52,634 nucleotides of DNA, taken from IMG/VR virus record IMGVR_UViG_3300029487_000014, one strand, 5' to 3'. Source of the stretch: a virus. The notes beneath the pieces are model-generated. The model saw nothing but the letters and a program-made list of their open reading frames with translations. It made no database searches and was not told the DNA's origin. Positions 26,501-36,461 of the stretch are shown here, piece by piece; the first letter of the stretch is position 1; every line of letters starts with the position of its first letter. The position numbers and the translations under genes were made by a program.

Positions 26501-27512
26501 TAGAAATGCCTAAACCATCCCATGTTTTTTGATAATGACCTACAGACAATCTATAATTACCTGTTGCTTCTTGCAATTTTATCATTTGCTGATAAATTGC
26601 ATTTGTTTCAGTTTCAAGCTTTTTACCAGAGTCAGCAGCCTCTCTTTCAGCTGCAGACATCTGATTAAGTCGTATTTTATTTAATGCATATTGAGCTGAA
26701 AGCCTATTATAAGAACCTTCTGCGGAATTAGCAATTGTAGCTTGTAACTGAGCAATCTGATTTGCTTCTCGTATTTGAGTTGAATAGAGTTTAAGCTGTT
26801 GATTTTCTTCTGACTGAGCATAGGCAAGTTTCTCTTGAGCCTGAGCTAGTGGGTCTACTGTAGCTTTCTGCTGTTTTCTAGCAGAAGTAAGCTCAGCAAT
26901 CTTAGCTTTCAACTCAAGTAATCTTTTGCCTTCATCTGACTGTAAATAAGCTAATCTTTGCTCTGCCTTTTCTACTTCAGACAGAGTTTGGATATGAGGC
27001 TTCATTTGGTCATCAAGAACCTTAATCTGATTTTTCAAATTAAGAATATCATTGAGTAGCTGTTGCCCCATTTCGCTATCTGCTCTTTCAGCTGCAGTTA
27101 AAGATTTATATAGCTCAACTGTTTGCTTTAGGTCAGACTTAAGGCGGTCATAAGAAGATATAGCTTGCTTAATATAACGCTGCTGTTCTACAGTTGCTCT
27201 ATTAGCATCTGAAGTTTGTGCTTTAAGCCAAGCAATCTGTTTACCTGTATCAGATAAAGCTAATTTAAGCTCATTCTGGGCTCTTTCAAGTCTTGACGTA
27301 GATGCTGTTGCTTCATCGATAGCTTTACGCCCTTCACTTGTAGCTCCACTAGCAGACTTAACAGAATGTACAATCCTATCTGCGCCTGCTCTGATAGCAT
27401 TTACCATTGTCTCGTATGACTGATTGAGCTCGCCAAGTTGCTTGACAAGCTTTTCAATCGAGTCATCCGGCTCAATTATATCGCTATATTTTATCTTATC
27501 GTCTTCAGCCAT
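23571..27512 (-). CDS. Tail tape measure protein
   Basis: 1313 aa. Long coiled-coil Q/E/K/A-rich segments with internal hydrophobic helices (VLVILLTVFSMFG; IVGPALALAAIATMWTSFAVA). Confidence 0.85.
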   Translation of the reverse strand: MAEDDKIKYSDIIEPDDSIEKLVKQLGELNQSYETMVNAIRAGADRIVHSVKSASGATSEGRKAIDEATASTSRLERAQNELKLALSDTGKQIAWLKAQTSDANRATVEQQRYIKQAISSYDRLKSDLKQTVELYKSLTAAERADSEMGQQLLNDILNLKNQIKVLDDQMKPHIQTLSEVEKAEQRLAYLQSDEGKRLLELKAKIAELTSARKQQKATVDPLAQAQEKLAYAQSEENQQLKLYSTQIREANQIAQLQATIANSAEGSYNRLSAQYALNKIRLNQMSAAEREAADSGKKLETETNAIYQQMIKLQEATGNYRLSVGHYQKTWDGLGISISQVVRELPAAAVSLNTFFLGISNNIPMVVDEVNRLRAQNKLLQAEGKATVSVTGSIVKALFSWNTVLVILLTVFSMFGKQIIEWVGNLFKAKNAVISTTEALDNIAKELEDTNNSYGNNIVTLKQLQQEWKNLETTAKKDQWIKDNKSNFDQLGVSVNNVTDAENIFVNNTEAVINALKLRAKAAAAQKLAADEYEKALIARNKAETEAGKGPSGWDKFKNWWVQSSLRATDEYGMGPSMANLQIADQISAEDFKQQRIKDLNDEADAAEKTGDAYFDLAAGYEKAAKAELDAAGVEGKHKTTKTRTRTREPRDLTRTINQNDIKIQREYEESVTELLKDEYAKRRKAAADQVQDENNKLREMYRLNEEYVKNVDGKYKKLTEDQKKQIDRQQELITKTIANNLRALDLQLQQIQNEQKVASLQAQRNTINPTDTSAATEAAQNQESTVTTNVVVTRYASQMEASLVEERKLMEENLDLEYALILDTNKRLLEAGDDQARSEEEILIELNKKKLELWSEYDQKILDARERDIENQLELVKKGSEDELNLLLQQNEVRRQLALAQNAAKPAEQQVSTSVINAQFDKSAAQTKGSFQMTSFDEQQALDEAVFNEVKRSETEITRFKLEQEKARWQEQIRLAEVGGLDWSQAQIDAAKATVKGIDRELSELDDFIKNIGKKGLGGTLLEKLGFDDDQIDALKDAVNIVIEQLQSIMDAEVELAEQAVEAAEARVEAAQKAYDAEVEARNNGYANNVATAKKELEQEKKNQQEKQKMLQAAQKRQEAMNTVTQASSLVTASANLWSSFSSIPIVGPALALAAIATMWTSFAVAKIKAKQVTASQSDEYGEGGLEFLEGGSHASGDDIDLGVKNKKKHRMKAEGGEALAIISKKRTRKYKKILPDVINSLNKGTFEDKYLNAFASSDGQSISLNSNGNMDLSKIEDDVRSIRKQNETKYYTMPNGIVVIQHKNVKRIIKN

Positions 27513-27514
27513 AA

Positions 27515-28288
27515 TTATTTCCTTTTATGTCGTTTAACACTCTTGCTTTCTGCTTCTAATTGCTGTTTTATATTATCAACGGCATTATAGAATTGAAGTA
27601 CTGTCATCTTTTTAGCATCCATGCTTGTTTTTTGAGCTATCAAAAGACAAGTACTTTCAAATTGCTTATCATATTTTATCTCAACAGACTCACTTCCTAT
27701 GTATGATTTTGGAGAATGCATGTTAAGCATTACCATATCTATGGTTTCTATTTGCTCAGAGTTATCTGTGTCATTTATCACAGAGTCCAATACAAGAAGT
27801 GTTCTTTGCTTTAACTTATCGTATGCATCTTTTTCCTTTGGATTTACAAAATCTCCTGGAAAATACATTTCAAGTTCGGTGGTTACTTTTTTTTTAAGCC
27901 AAGTCAAAAAGTCTATAATCTTTGAATGCTTTATTTCTTTAAGTCTGGCCAATATATTTTTAAGTCCATCATCTGACAAATCATTAACTTCTTCACCGTC
28001 TATGCTATGAATAAGGGCTGCAAAAGCTAAATACCTCGGTGAAATTTCATTGTTCACCATATACATATTTTGCCTCATGTTTTGCAGTTCTTGCAAGGCT
28101 TTTTTGACATTATTGCTTTTAATGAATTTAGCAACACGGGTTATATGGGCATCAATATCATCTGCATCTGAGCCAATTCCAGAGTCTATAAGCAAATACT
28201 TATTGTACTTCTGAAAATTTACAATGGGCATTTCATCTATGCTGTCATATACCCGTACGACTTTTTTATTTACTATCAGGTTTTTCAT
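27515..28288 (-). CDS. Possible tail assembly chaperone (call from position only)
   Basis: 257-aa ORF directly upstream of the tape measure gene. Confidence 0.4.
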   Translation of the reverse strand: MKNLIVNKKVVRVYDSIDEMPIVNFQKYNKYLLIDSGIGSDADDIDAHITRVAKFIKSNNVKKALQELQNMRQNMYMVNNEISPRYLAFAALIHSIDGEEVNDLSDDGLKNILARLKEIKHSKIIDFLTWLKKKVTTELEMYFPGDFVNPKEKDAYDKLKQRTLLVLDSVINDTDNSEQIETIDMVMLNMHSPKSYIGSESVEIKYDKQFESTCLLIAQKTSMDAKKMTVLQFYNAVDNIKQQLEAESKSVKRHKRK

Positions 28289-28557
28289 ATTAAAATTCGC
28301 GTTATAGGGGTTGATATGATAGGAATAAGTATAATACTCATCTCGTTAAAGAAAATAGCGAGAATGATAGCGAGAATAAGCGATGTCCAAAAGCTTAAGC
28401 AAAAATCACAATCGAATAATTGAGAAATAAGCTTAGGAGCTCTGGTAATTATCTCATCACGCGCGCCGAGTTTTCCAATTAGCAAAATAGCAAATGCTGC
28501 TGCTAAAGCTATATATATTAAAGCCGAAAGCATTGTTATAAAATATACCGTTGACAT
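28285..28557 (-). CDS. Integral membrane protein (DUF1360-like CDFCLSFW motif)
   Basis: 90 aa with three hydrophobic helices and a CxxC(L)SFW motif. Confidence 0.5.
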   Translation of the reverse strand: MSTVYFITMLSALIYIALAAAFAILLIGKLGARDEIITRAPKLISQLFDCDFCLSFWTSLILAIILAIFFNEMSIILIPIISTPITRILI

Positions 28558-29171
28558 AATTCTCTAGTTGTTAAAGTAAATTCAATTCGTATTCCTGCAT
28601 AAGGGTACATGAAGAATTGTTTATCAATATCTTGTATACCTTCTCCTTTATAAGTATAGTTATTATAGATTTTCTCTATTGAATAACCTTTGTATATATT
28701 TTCAAAGCGCTCATATATATCATTTATAACAAGCTTACCAGTTGTAGTAATAAGACCTGGAGTAGTTAATACCCGCATAATTTCATCTTTTACTTCTTCT
28801 GTATGCATAACAGTTTCATCTTCATAAATGCTACTGAGGTCATACCAAAATATAATGGCTCCGCTGAAAGTATATTGTGGCAATGATTGAACTACTTCAG
28901 TAATCTTTTGTGGGTCATAAATATCAAACCATGAAAAATTGCCAAAGTTATCATTCGGTAAAAGTGACACATATTCTCCATTGCCGTTATACATCGCAGG
29001 ATATATAAACTTATTACCATCTGGCCTATGTTCTACAAGCTTATATGCTCTACCAAATGCACAATTAAGCCACTTAAGTCTGTTCATAAGTGACTTTTGC
29101 ATATCCTGTAATATCTTATCAAGCAATACAGGGTCTTCCTTAAATCTTATTTGTACTGAGTTTTCCTTCAT
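28536..29171 (-). CDS. Structural protein (tail or neck; function unknown)
   Basis: 211-aa ORF in the head-tail joining region. Confidence 0.5.
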   Translation of the reverse strand: MKENSVQIRFKEDPVLLDKILQDMQKSLMNRLKWLNCAFGRAYKLVEHRPDGNKFIYPAMYNGNGEYVSLLPNDNFGNFSWFDIYDPQKITEVVQSLPQYTFSGAIIFWYDLSSIYEDETVMHTEEVKDEIMRVLTTPGLITTTGKLVINDIYERFENIYKGYSIEKIYNNYTYKGEGIQDIDKQFFMYPYAGIRIEFTLTTRELCQRYIL

Positions 29172-29635
29172 TTCCTTATTGCCTGTTTTAATCGTTTAAC
29201 TAATTCTTTTCTTATGTGAGAACGAATTATTCTGGTAAAATTTTTATCTGTTAAGCGAAAAATCTCTTCACCATATTTCTCAATAAGTTCAGGTGTTTTT
29301 TCATCACTCGCAGTCACATAAAAACCTTCTGAGTCAAATACTACAAACATAGACTCATGAAAAGCACCTGTATCTCGTAATGTGACCCTTGTAGTAGGCT
29401 GACCTTTTTTCTTTTTTATTTGTATGGTTTTAGGCTTGTATGGCATATAATCCATTATCTTTTCACCTCTACCGTTGATACCACGACGATATAACTGGTC
29501 ATCTGCTATAGCTGATACTATTACATCTTCTTTGTCACGCACAATATCTTCTAATAGCATAGGCAAGCTATCCTTAAAACTTCGCAGCCTATATTCCAGA
29601 TTGCGAAGTGTCGCATTATATCGTTTTACAGCCAT
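29168..29635 (-). CDS. Structural protein (head-tail connector region; function unknown)
   Basis: 155-aa ORF with overlapping start and stop. Confidence 0.5.
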   Translation of the reverse strand: MAVKRYNATLRNLEYRLRSFKDSLPMLLEDIVRDKEDVIVSAIADDQLYRRGINGRGEKIMDYMPYKPKTIQIKKKKGQPTTRVTLRDTGAFHESMFVVFDSEGFYVTASDEKTPELIEKYGEEIFRLTDKNFTRIIRSHIRKELVKRLKQAIRK

Positions 29636-29637
29636 GC

Positions 29638-30939
29638 TTATACAGTTCTATATTTAATGCCATTGTTTCGACATGGCAAACATACTCTATCAATTCCAGA
29701 AGTGCTCAGCTTAATGGCCTTGAAAGCCATATCTAGCTGATAACTTAAACCTGATTTTTTCATAGAAGAAGAGTCGCCATCTACCTCATATAATATATCA
29801 AGTCGAGAAGCATTGATTGAATGCCTATTTGTTCTTACGTTAGAGTTGTATGCAAATTCGCGTAACATATCTACGACTACCTGCTTAGCTATAACATCTT
29901 GGAACATCATTCTCTGCCCAACTATAAAGTCTGTAATATCACAGCTTACAGTAACTTCTAAGTTTAATCCGTAGTTATTATCATAGGTATATTGATTGTT
30001 TTCAACATCCCACAAATGTAAACTTTCACCATTTATAAGCTCTTCATTTACAAAAAATGGATGAATTTCAAGATACTTAGACCATGCCATCCAAGCAAGT
30101 AATTCTCTACGTGAGCATGAACCACAAGGCTCTTTTGACCAATCTTTATTTTTTCTAATAGCTTGACTTCCCTCTGGAAGTTCAGACTGAAAATAACATA
30201 AATACCAACTTCCTCCTGCATCATTATCTTCACTTTGATATGGCAAATAGAGGTCATCGATTGTAAACCATTCAGCACTATTATCTCGTATCTTATTAAG
30301 CTTTATAATCTTTACTGGAGCATCCATACTTGAATGCATAAGATACAAAGTATATTCTCCAGCTTTAGTAAACTGAAGACATATTTTATTTATCTTCGTG
30401 GTTACACCTTTTGCTCTTACTGGTACAATTTCAAAGCCAACTAAATTTTTCTTATTCTTTACAGTATCTACTAATCTACCTGTTCCATCGAACAAAGTAC
30501 GACTTTCGCATAATGGCTTGTTTGTTCCTTCTGCCGTTTTTTCATTGCAGTATCTAGCAATAGCTTTTTGAATACTTGCTTTTGTTTTGCTCTCAAGCCA
30601 TTCAGAAAATAAATTGGTTTCAACCCAATACTCAGACTCAATATCAGGCTGTTTTCCTTGTGCTTTTTGAAGCGCTTTATATTGTGTACCTTGATAATCA
30701 ACTACATTGCCTTTGCTATATTCCTTTTCAGGGTCATATTCTGGAAAAGTGATATTCTTAAAGTCCGGAGCAATACATGACATATTCTGCAAAGTCAGCA
30801 AAGGATGAATTTGTTGAAAATATAGGCCACTTTCACTCACGGTTAAAGCATCAGATATTTTTAAGTCTGATGTATCATAATTCTGCTCCCACCCAATAAG
30901 GTGTAACAGCTTTTCTTGTATATCGTTGGCTCTAACCAT
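29638..30939 (-). CDS. Structural protein of unknown function
   Basis: 433-aa ORF, the first gene after the terminator that follows the capsid gene. Confidence 0.55.
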   Translation of the reverse strand: MVRANDIQEKLLHLIGWEQNYDTSDLKISDALTVSESGLYFQQIHPLLTLQNMSCIAPDFKNITFPEYDPEKEYSKGNVVDYQGTQYKALQKAQGKQPDIESEYWVETNLFSEWLESKTKASIQKAIARYCNEKTAEGTNKPLCESRTLFDGTGRLVDTVKNKKNLVGFEIVPVRAKGVTTKINKICLQFTKAGEYTLYLMHSSMDAPVKIIKLNKIRDNSAEWFTIDDLYLPYQSEDNDAGGSWYLCYFQSELPEGSQAIRKNKDWSKEPCGSCSRRELLAWMAWSKYLEIHPFFVNEELINGESLHLWDVENNQYTYDNNYGLNLEVTVSCDITDFIVGQRMMFQDVIAKQVVVDMLREFAYNSNVRTNRHSINASRLDILYEVDGDSSSMKKSGLSYQLDMAFKAIKLSTSGIDRVCLPCRNNGIKYRTV

Positions 30940-30954
30940 AATTCTTAATTTTTA

Positions 30955-31002
30955 ATGAAAAATAGGAGGCCACTATCGCCTAGTGGCTCAGTGTACCTCC
31001 TA
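30955..31002 (-). terminator. Rho-independent terminator after the major capsid gene
   Basis: Minus sense: TAGGAGG TACACTGAG CCACTA GGCGA TAGTGG CCTCCTA followed by TTTTT. Confidence 0.8.
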
Positions 31003-31041
31003 CCAAAGCTAATAACAACTCAAAGATTTGCTATCGGTTTA

Positions 31042-32166
31042 TTATCCTCCAACTCCTGCAGAAGCCTCCTTAGTGTTAACCGGATTGTCTTCAGAGTTGA
31101 CAACAACCACAGGCTTAGCATAAACTGCATCTTCACTTGATACGTTGAATGCCAGAATAGGACTTGCCAAAGTGCTAGGTGCACTGTTATATGCAGTCAA
31201 GAAGGCCACGTCAACAGCAAAACCATAGTGCTCTTTGCGCGTACGAGTCATATCAGCAGTAGCGGCTCCTGCAATAGTATTGTAATCACCTACAGAATCG
31301 TAGAAATATGTACCAACAGGCATGTTCAGCAAAGGCAAAGTAGCAATACCCCACTCATGGCCGTCACCGGAAACAGTTCCAAGCAAGCAGTCACGCTCGA
31401 AGCGGGTCAACATTCCAAGAGAGCCGGCATTTACAGCGTAACCCTGAGCATACTTACCTTCAGCAGCTGCGATATTGTTCGTCAAGTGAACAATTTTTGT
31501 GCCAAATTCATTCTGCTTGTTTACGTCATTGTAAAGACCGTGCTGCTGCAACTTACGCATGATAGACTCAACACCAGGGTCACCTACAAGATGCAACTGG
31601 CCATAGAAGTCATTTGCTCCCATCATAACTTCAAGGTCACCAAATACGTTTTCACGCTCAGTCCACTTTGCATTGATGGCATTAGCAGACCAGTCATACA
31701 GCAGCGGATTTTTCAAAACCTGTGTTTTGTTGGCTGCGAGAGCAGCAAGAGCAGCTTCATCAAGCTTTTTCGCAAAAGCATAGATGTACTTCATCATTTT
31801 GGTTTCAAAGTCCTTCTGAATGCCAATTTCGTTATTCATGTACATTGCTGGAGCAATAGTAAATCCCCATGCATAAGTGGCAAACGTGATTTGAACCATT
31901 TTAGAAGTGTTTTCACTGTCGGCAATTGTCAAAGTGCGGGTACTACCGATAGTAATATCAGCATCATAGTCAATTACTGGAGTTTCCAGTGTGTTACCGA
32001 TGGAGGTCCTTGCTTTTTGCTTCAGTTCCTCAGTGAGGATGCCAGTAGGGTCTTCAGATTGCACCATAAAAGCATTCAATGCGCCGTACCTACTGGGGCG
32101 ATACTCAAACTTATCAAGGTTAGAGTTCGCACGAATGTTCTGGATACGTGTTAAAACTAGACTCAT
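31042..32166 (-). CDS. Probable major capsid protein
   Basis: 374 aa. Follows a scaffold-like gene and is followed by a strong terminator. No motif-level proof. Confidence 0.55.
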   Translation of the reverse strand: MSLVLTRIQNIRANSNLDKFEYRPSRYGALNAFMVQSEDPTGILTEELKQKARTSIGNTLETPVIDYDADITIGSTRTLTIADSENTSKMVQITFATYAWGFTIAPAMYMNNEIGIQKDFETKMMKYIYAFAKKLDEAALAALAANKTQVLKNPLLYDWSANAINAKWTERENVFGDLEVMMGANDFYGQLHLVGDPGVESIMRKLQQHGLYNDVNKQNEFGTKIVHLTNNIAAAEGKYAQGYAVNAGSLGMLTRFERDCLLGTVSGDGHEWGIATLPLLNMPVGTYFYDSVGDYNTIAGAATADMTRTRKEHYGFAVDVAFLTAYNSAPSTLASPILAFNVSSEDAVYAKPVVVVNSEDNPVNTKEASAGVGG

Positions 32167-32246
32167 AACTTTTAAGTTTTTTAATTGTTAATAATTATGC
32201 TATTATGGTGCATTACCCTTTTACGCCTCATAGCATTTTTTATTCT

Positions 32247-32501
32247 TTATACTTTTTCGTATGTTTTCTCAAAAATATCAGGCTTACATGGATAAAACTC
32301 ACCATTTACACCTTTAATGATATAATCACCTACACTTGCCCGCATTGTGCCTTCTAAAGTTTCAACAGGGATATAAGGATTATTTTTATCCTCATAATTT
32401 ATGTGTGCTCCTCCCATAAACTCAGAAAGCTCACAAATTCTTTCAGCTGTGTCCTCAAATTGAATTGCTTCAATTATTACTGGTTTCTTTTTATACTTCA
32501 T
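32247..32501 (-). CDS. Hypothetical small phage protein
   Basis: 84-aa ORF (KKPVIIEAIQF...GDYIIKGVNGEFYPCKPDIFEKTYEKV). Confidence 0.6.
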   Translation of the reverse strand: MKYKKKPVIIEAIQFEDTAERICELSEFMGGAHINYEDKNNPYIPVETLEGTMRASVGDYIIKGVNGEFYPCKPDIFEKTYEKV

Positions 32502-32511
32502 AACTTATTTT

Positions 32512-33459
32512 TTATCTAATAGGCAAACTTGCCACATTGTTTTCAGTTCTCAGTTGCATTGACTGGTCTGCAAATTCCTGTGAGTCACGGGTCAAACCAT
32601 TTGCAAGCAGATGTGCCTCAATGGCTTTATCGGCCTCAACTTGGCTCTTGATGCCAGACAAATCAAGTGTTCCACCTGTTCCGCCTGAACCAGACCCAAA
32701 GCCTCCTGTTCCACCGCCTGCTTGCTGACGACCTGTATCGATTACATCTTTAAGCGATGTTTCCATTACAAGCTCTTGCATCGTATAAGGATTAAGATTG
32801 TTCTTCGGATTGTTAAGGATATTACCATCTGCGCCGCGAATAACAAGTTTCTTTCCTCCTTGACCGTCTTCTATGAAATCAGGAGTACCTTTTGCAAGGA
32901 CTTCTGCTTTTGCAGCATTGAGCAGTGTCTTCTGAATAGGCTCAGTAATACCACTCTTAAACTTAAGACCTGCTGTAGCAGCTTGAAAAGCATAATCTAC
33001 ATGCGTGTCCTTAATAGTTTTATCAAACTCTGCCTTTTTGGTATTGAACTCAGTTTCCTTTGTCTGAAGCTGAGTTTGAAGCTGAGTTACTTGAGCTTTA
33101 GCATCTTTCAGCTGTTGCTTCAAAGTTTCATCGCCAGCTCCTTTTTCAAGTTTAGACTGGAGCTCTGCAACCTGTGCTTGAGCAGCAGTAAGCTGAGTTT
33201 GAATTGTTTTTGCAGACTCTGCTTTAGTTTTGTACTCGCCAAGTACGCGCTTAGCATAGTCGTAACTTTTTTCACCATCTTTCTTTTTAATGCCTGTAAT
33301 GCCAAGAATATCAGTGTCATACTGACCGTGCAATGCGCCGATTTTAGTACCTATAACGGTATTCTCATCATTTCTTGACATCTCAGCAATTGCATTCAGC
33401 TGGTCATCTGTAAGACCTGTTAAAGCTGAACTCTGTCGTAGCATCTCAATTGTTAACAT
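32512..33459 (-). CDS. Probable scaffolding protein
   Basis: 315 aa. Coiled-coil Q/K/A/E-rich centre (QTQLTAAQAQVAELQSKLEKG...QLQTQLQTKETEF) and a Gly-rich segment. Lies upstream of the capsid gene. Confidence 0.55.
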   Translation of the reverse strand: MLTIEMLRQSSALTGLTDDQLNAIAEMSRNDENTVIGTKIGALHGQYDTDILGITGIKKKDGEKSYDYAKRVLGEYKTKAESAKTIQTQLTAAQAQVAELQSKLEKGAGDETLKQQLKDAKAQVTQLQTQLQTKETEFNTKKAEFDKTIKDTHVDYAFQAATAGLKFKSGITEPIQKTLLNAAKAEVLAKGTPDFIEDGQGGKKLVIRGADGNILNNPKNNLNPYTMQELVMETSLKDVIDTGRQQAGGGTGGFGSGSGGTGGTLDLSGIKSQVEADKAIEAHLLANGLTRDSQEFADQSMQLRTENNVASLPIR

Positions 33460-33481
33460 ATAGCTTTGTTTTTATTGTTAA

Positions 33482-33940
33482 TTACTTTTGTACTAACTCT
33501 GCAGCATCTCCGTATGGGTCATGCAGGGCCGCCATAATGGTATAGCCAAGGCCTTTATACGTTTTCTTGAAAAGCTGCCACTCTGCGAATGTGAACATTT
33601 GAGTATATGCTGGTGACTCTTCTTTGCCAGTCATTGGATTAAACCTACGACCGCGCACAATTGACAAATGCACCATTTTCTCAGTACCCGGCTTAGGAGT
33701 ATAACCACCCTTAGCCTGTGTTTTCGATGCCGATGATTTTTCTTCGATAACATCATCAATATCTACTAGGAAAAGAACTACCTCATCAAGCTCTTCCTGT
33801 AAGTCGCTTGTCCAAGCTTTTCCGCCTTTAGCCTTAGCAGCTTCTAGTTCTGCTTTACGTTCTACGGCCTTTTTCTTGTAAGATTTAATATCCTCAAGAC
33901 TGAGTGCCTGTAGTTGCTGAAGTTCCAATTTCTGTAACAT
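33482..33940 (-). CDS. Hypothetical head-module protein
   Basis: 152-aa ORF that overlaps the portal stop by 47 nt. Confidence 0.5.
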   Translation of the reverse strand: MLQKLELQQLQALSLEDIKSYKKKAVERKAELEAAKAKGGKAWTSDLQEELDEVVLFLVDIDDVIEEKSSASKTQAKGGYTPKPGTEKMVHLSIVRGRRFNPMTGKEESPAYTQMFTFAEWQLFKKTYKGLGYTIMAALHDPYGDAAELVQK

Positions 33941-35687
33941 ATTCCAAAAGTTTTTTTATTATAATATCTATTTTTTCTCTCATTGGCTTATTTGAAGCAA
34001 ACTCAATTATGTTAATGTTCTCACGTTCAAATTTTTCGACTAAAGTACTAAAATTTATTTTAAGCTTTACCAAATTTTCATTTAATAACTCTTTTTCATA
34101 CAATTTTAACACTTCATCCAGCGTTTTATGTGGATATGGCTCCAATTGCTTTAAGATAAGCATTCTCTGAAGTACCAAAGGATTGTTACGATACTCAACT
34201 TCAAGAATTTGTTGCGATATAGCATCTAGTTCTGAGTTAGACGCACCATTCTCCTTTGCTTGTTTGTACTTAGAATATAGCTCTGTTACTGTGAAAACGT
34301 AAAACTCTGTACCCCAGTTTACAGAAGATGATATGAAAGCACCTCCATACCTGAGTTTGCAAACAGTATCTTCGACAAATTTCTGTGCCAATTCAAAATT
34401 GGTCTTTAAGGCATTGAGAACTGAGGTTTTGCTTTCAAAGTTAGCAGTTACCTGAGTTTCATTGATGGCTTCTTTTTCACTTACAGTACCACCTGAACCA
34501 ACAACAGAAATTACAATCTCATTTTTAAGCCTTGCACACTCATTGACATTATAATCAAGTGAGTCTTTATCGATAGTAGTTATCTGAACAGGATTACGCA
34601 TATCTGCGACACCTTCAGATTGATTTGGTATAGGAACTTCTAAGAATGAACCAGGACCAGCTATACGCTTTTCGCTACAGCAAGGACACTTTTCAACTGT
34701 TCCATCATTGAGAATTTTATACTCGCCTTTTGCATTGCGTAGAAAACCTCCATCGCAGTAATCACCAGTCTCATTATTCTCAAAATTACAATCAGCTTCA
34801 TACGCACTATATATAGGATAAGGTGCATACAAGTCTAAATGCTGCTTCGAAATAGAGAAGAACAAATACCAATCAAGATTTGACAGCTCTTTTGTAATTG
34901 GATTTTTCTTAAGGTCTTTATTTTTCTCATTGAGTTGTGTTGACCAAAAGAACCGAGCTGGACAATATCCTAAATCGTGCTTTGCCTCTGAAATAAGTGA
35001 CTGAATTTCATTTTTCTCATTCAGCTGATATACTCTTATAAAAGTATCATCAAATACAGCTATCCGATGTTCCGGCTGTTTGAAAATAAGCCACTCAAAC
35101 TGATTTTCATCAAGTTTAGAAGTCTGGTAATCAATTACAGCATCAATCTCAAGCCAATAAAAATACGGCTCTGGGCGCAAAGATGTTTGTACTTGAGGAA
35201 GGTCTACTACCAAAATACTATTTGGCGATACCTGCATTCTCTTCCATCCGGTTGTCTTCCACACCTCTGGCTCATTGAGGTTATTCTTTTTATACTGAGA
35301 CCAATCCTCTGCAAGCTCTGAGTCTGTAAACTGGTATGAGCTTGATGAGTTACGACTATAGAAAACCCTTTCGAGTTCTCTATAAACGTCCTCAACTACA
35401 GCAGGTGTAGGCAACGGAAATTTAAACAGATGAAGGAATATGTTGAATTTATCCTTCGGAAGCAACTGTCTTACCCAATCAAGGAATATGGTCGTAGGTT
35501 GGTTAATATCAGATATAGCAACATTCGTCTCAGTATGAAATCTAAGACGACGCTGCATGTTTACAGCTTTCTGAATAGCCTGACGTTTAGTCGGCTTTTG
35601 CAAAATTTGCTTTATCTGATTTAACTCTAAGGCCATTTTCTTCGTCGTAAGTATAATTGCTATCTTTAGGTAATTCCCATCCACCAT
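33894..35687 (-). CDS. Probable portal protein (alternative start at 35636, MALELNQ)
   Basis: About 580-597 aa. The call rests on size and on position in the head-morphogenesis module downstream of the terminase genes, two small ORFs before the scaffold gene. No motif proof. Confidence 0.5.
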   Translation of the reverse strand: MVDGNYLKIAIILTTKKMALELNQIKQILQKPTKRQAIQKAVNMQRRLRFHTETNVAISDINQPTTIFLDWVRQLLPKDKFNIFLHLFKFPLPTPAVVEDVYRELERVFYSRNSSSSYQFTDSELAEDWSQYKKNNLNEPEVWKTTGWKRMQVSPNSILVVDLPQVQTSLRPEPYFYWLEIDAVIDYQTSKLDENQFEWLIFKQPEHRIAVFDDTFIRVYQLNEKNEIQSLISEAKHDLGYCPARFFWSTQLNEKNKDLKKNPITKELSNLDWYLFFSISKQHLDLYAPYPIYSAYEADCNFENNETGDYCDGGFLRNAKGEYKILNDGTVEKCPCCSEKRIAGPGSFLEVPIPNQSEGVADMRNPVQITTIDKDSLDYNVNECARLKNEIVISVVGSGGTVSEKEAINETQVTANFESKTSVLNALKTNFELAQKFVEDTVCKLRYGGAFISSSVNWGTEFYVFTVTELYSKYKQAKENGASNSELDAISQQILEVEYRNNPLVLQRMLILKQLEPYPHKTLDEVLKLYEKELLNENLVKLKINFSTLVEKFERENINIIEFASNKPMREKIDIIIKKLLEYVTEIGTSATTGTQS

Positions 35688-35799
35688 TTATGGCTGTGCC
35701 CATATCAAGCAAGCGTTCGGCATGCTGAATGCCAAACTCCTGCTTCATATTGTACTTAGGCACAACCAACGTTACTGTTTGTTCTTTTTTCTTTCTCAT
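35587..35799 (-). CDS. Hypothetical protein
   Basis: 70-aa ORF between the 216-aa gene and the portal gene. Confidence 0.45.
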   Translation of the reverse strand: MRKKKEQTVTLVVPKYNMKQEFGIQHAERLLDMGTAINGGWELPKDSNYTYDEENGLRVKSDKANFAKAD

Positions 35800-35810
35800 A
35801 ACTGAAAGTT

Positions 35811-36461
35811 TTAAGCCCCAACAGAAGCGGCATTAACCCAATCTGTAAGAGGATTGAAGTCCAATGTTTCACGCTTAATAATGTAGAAGTTATCACTCCA
35901 GTTAGGATAGAATGACCATTCAATGGTATTGCTATCCGGCTCTTCAAAACCACCAAGCTTCTTGTCACCAACAAAGAACTTACCAATAGGAATTGGGAAG
36001 TATGCTGTAGGCTCATCCTGGTCATCTACCAAACAGCCAATGTTGCCGTTTTCATCAATCAGCCAAACGCCAATCTCTTCGCACATATACTGTTTCAGCT
36101 GTGTAATTGTCTTCTGACTTTCCTGATAGATAGTGGCAGAGAATGTTGTCGGCTCACGGCCAATTGTAATCTCAATACCTCCGAGTGTCTGGTTACCTCC
36201 ACCGAATGTACGAGCTGCACCAGGCTCAGAAGTAGGTCCTTGAATATACGGAGAAACTGTCATTTTAGAACCGTCAGCCGCAGAAAACAAGGTAGAAAAC
36301 GATGCTTTCTTAGTCGGGTCAGTAACAGAGTTCTTCGTTCCAGCTGTCTTATAAATGCGCTGGAATGCAACTTTTTGAACTTGCCCCATACTCTCCTTGC
36401 ATTCAGCAATCTCAAGGTCGGCGATATGAGCACCGGCAGGGCATCCACAGTTTAATCCCAT
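35811..36461 (-). CDS. Hypothetical structural-module protein
   Basis: 216-aa ORF, the first gene after the 36558 promoter-like box. Confidence 0.6.
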   Translation of the reverse strand: MGLNCGCPAGAHIADLEIAECKESMGQVQKVAFQRIYKTAGTKNSVTDPTKKASFSTLFSAADGSKMTVSPYIQGPTSEPGAARTFGGGNQTLGGIEITIGREPTTFSATIYQESQKTITQLKQYMCEEIGVWLIDENGNIGCLVDDQDEPTAYFPIPIGKFFVGDKKLGGFEEPDSNTIEWSFYPNWSDNFYIIKRETLDFNPLTDWVNAASVGA

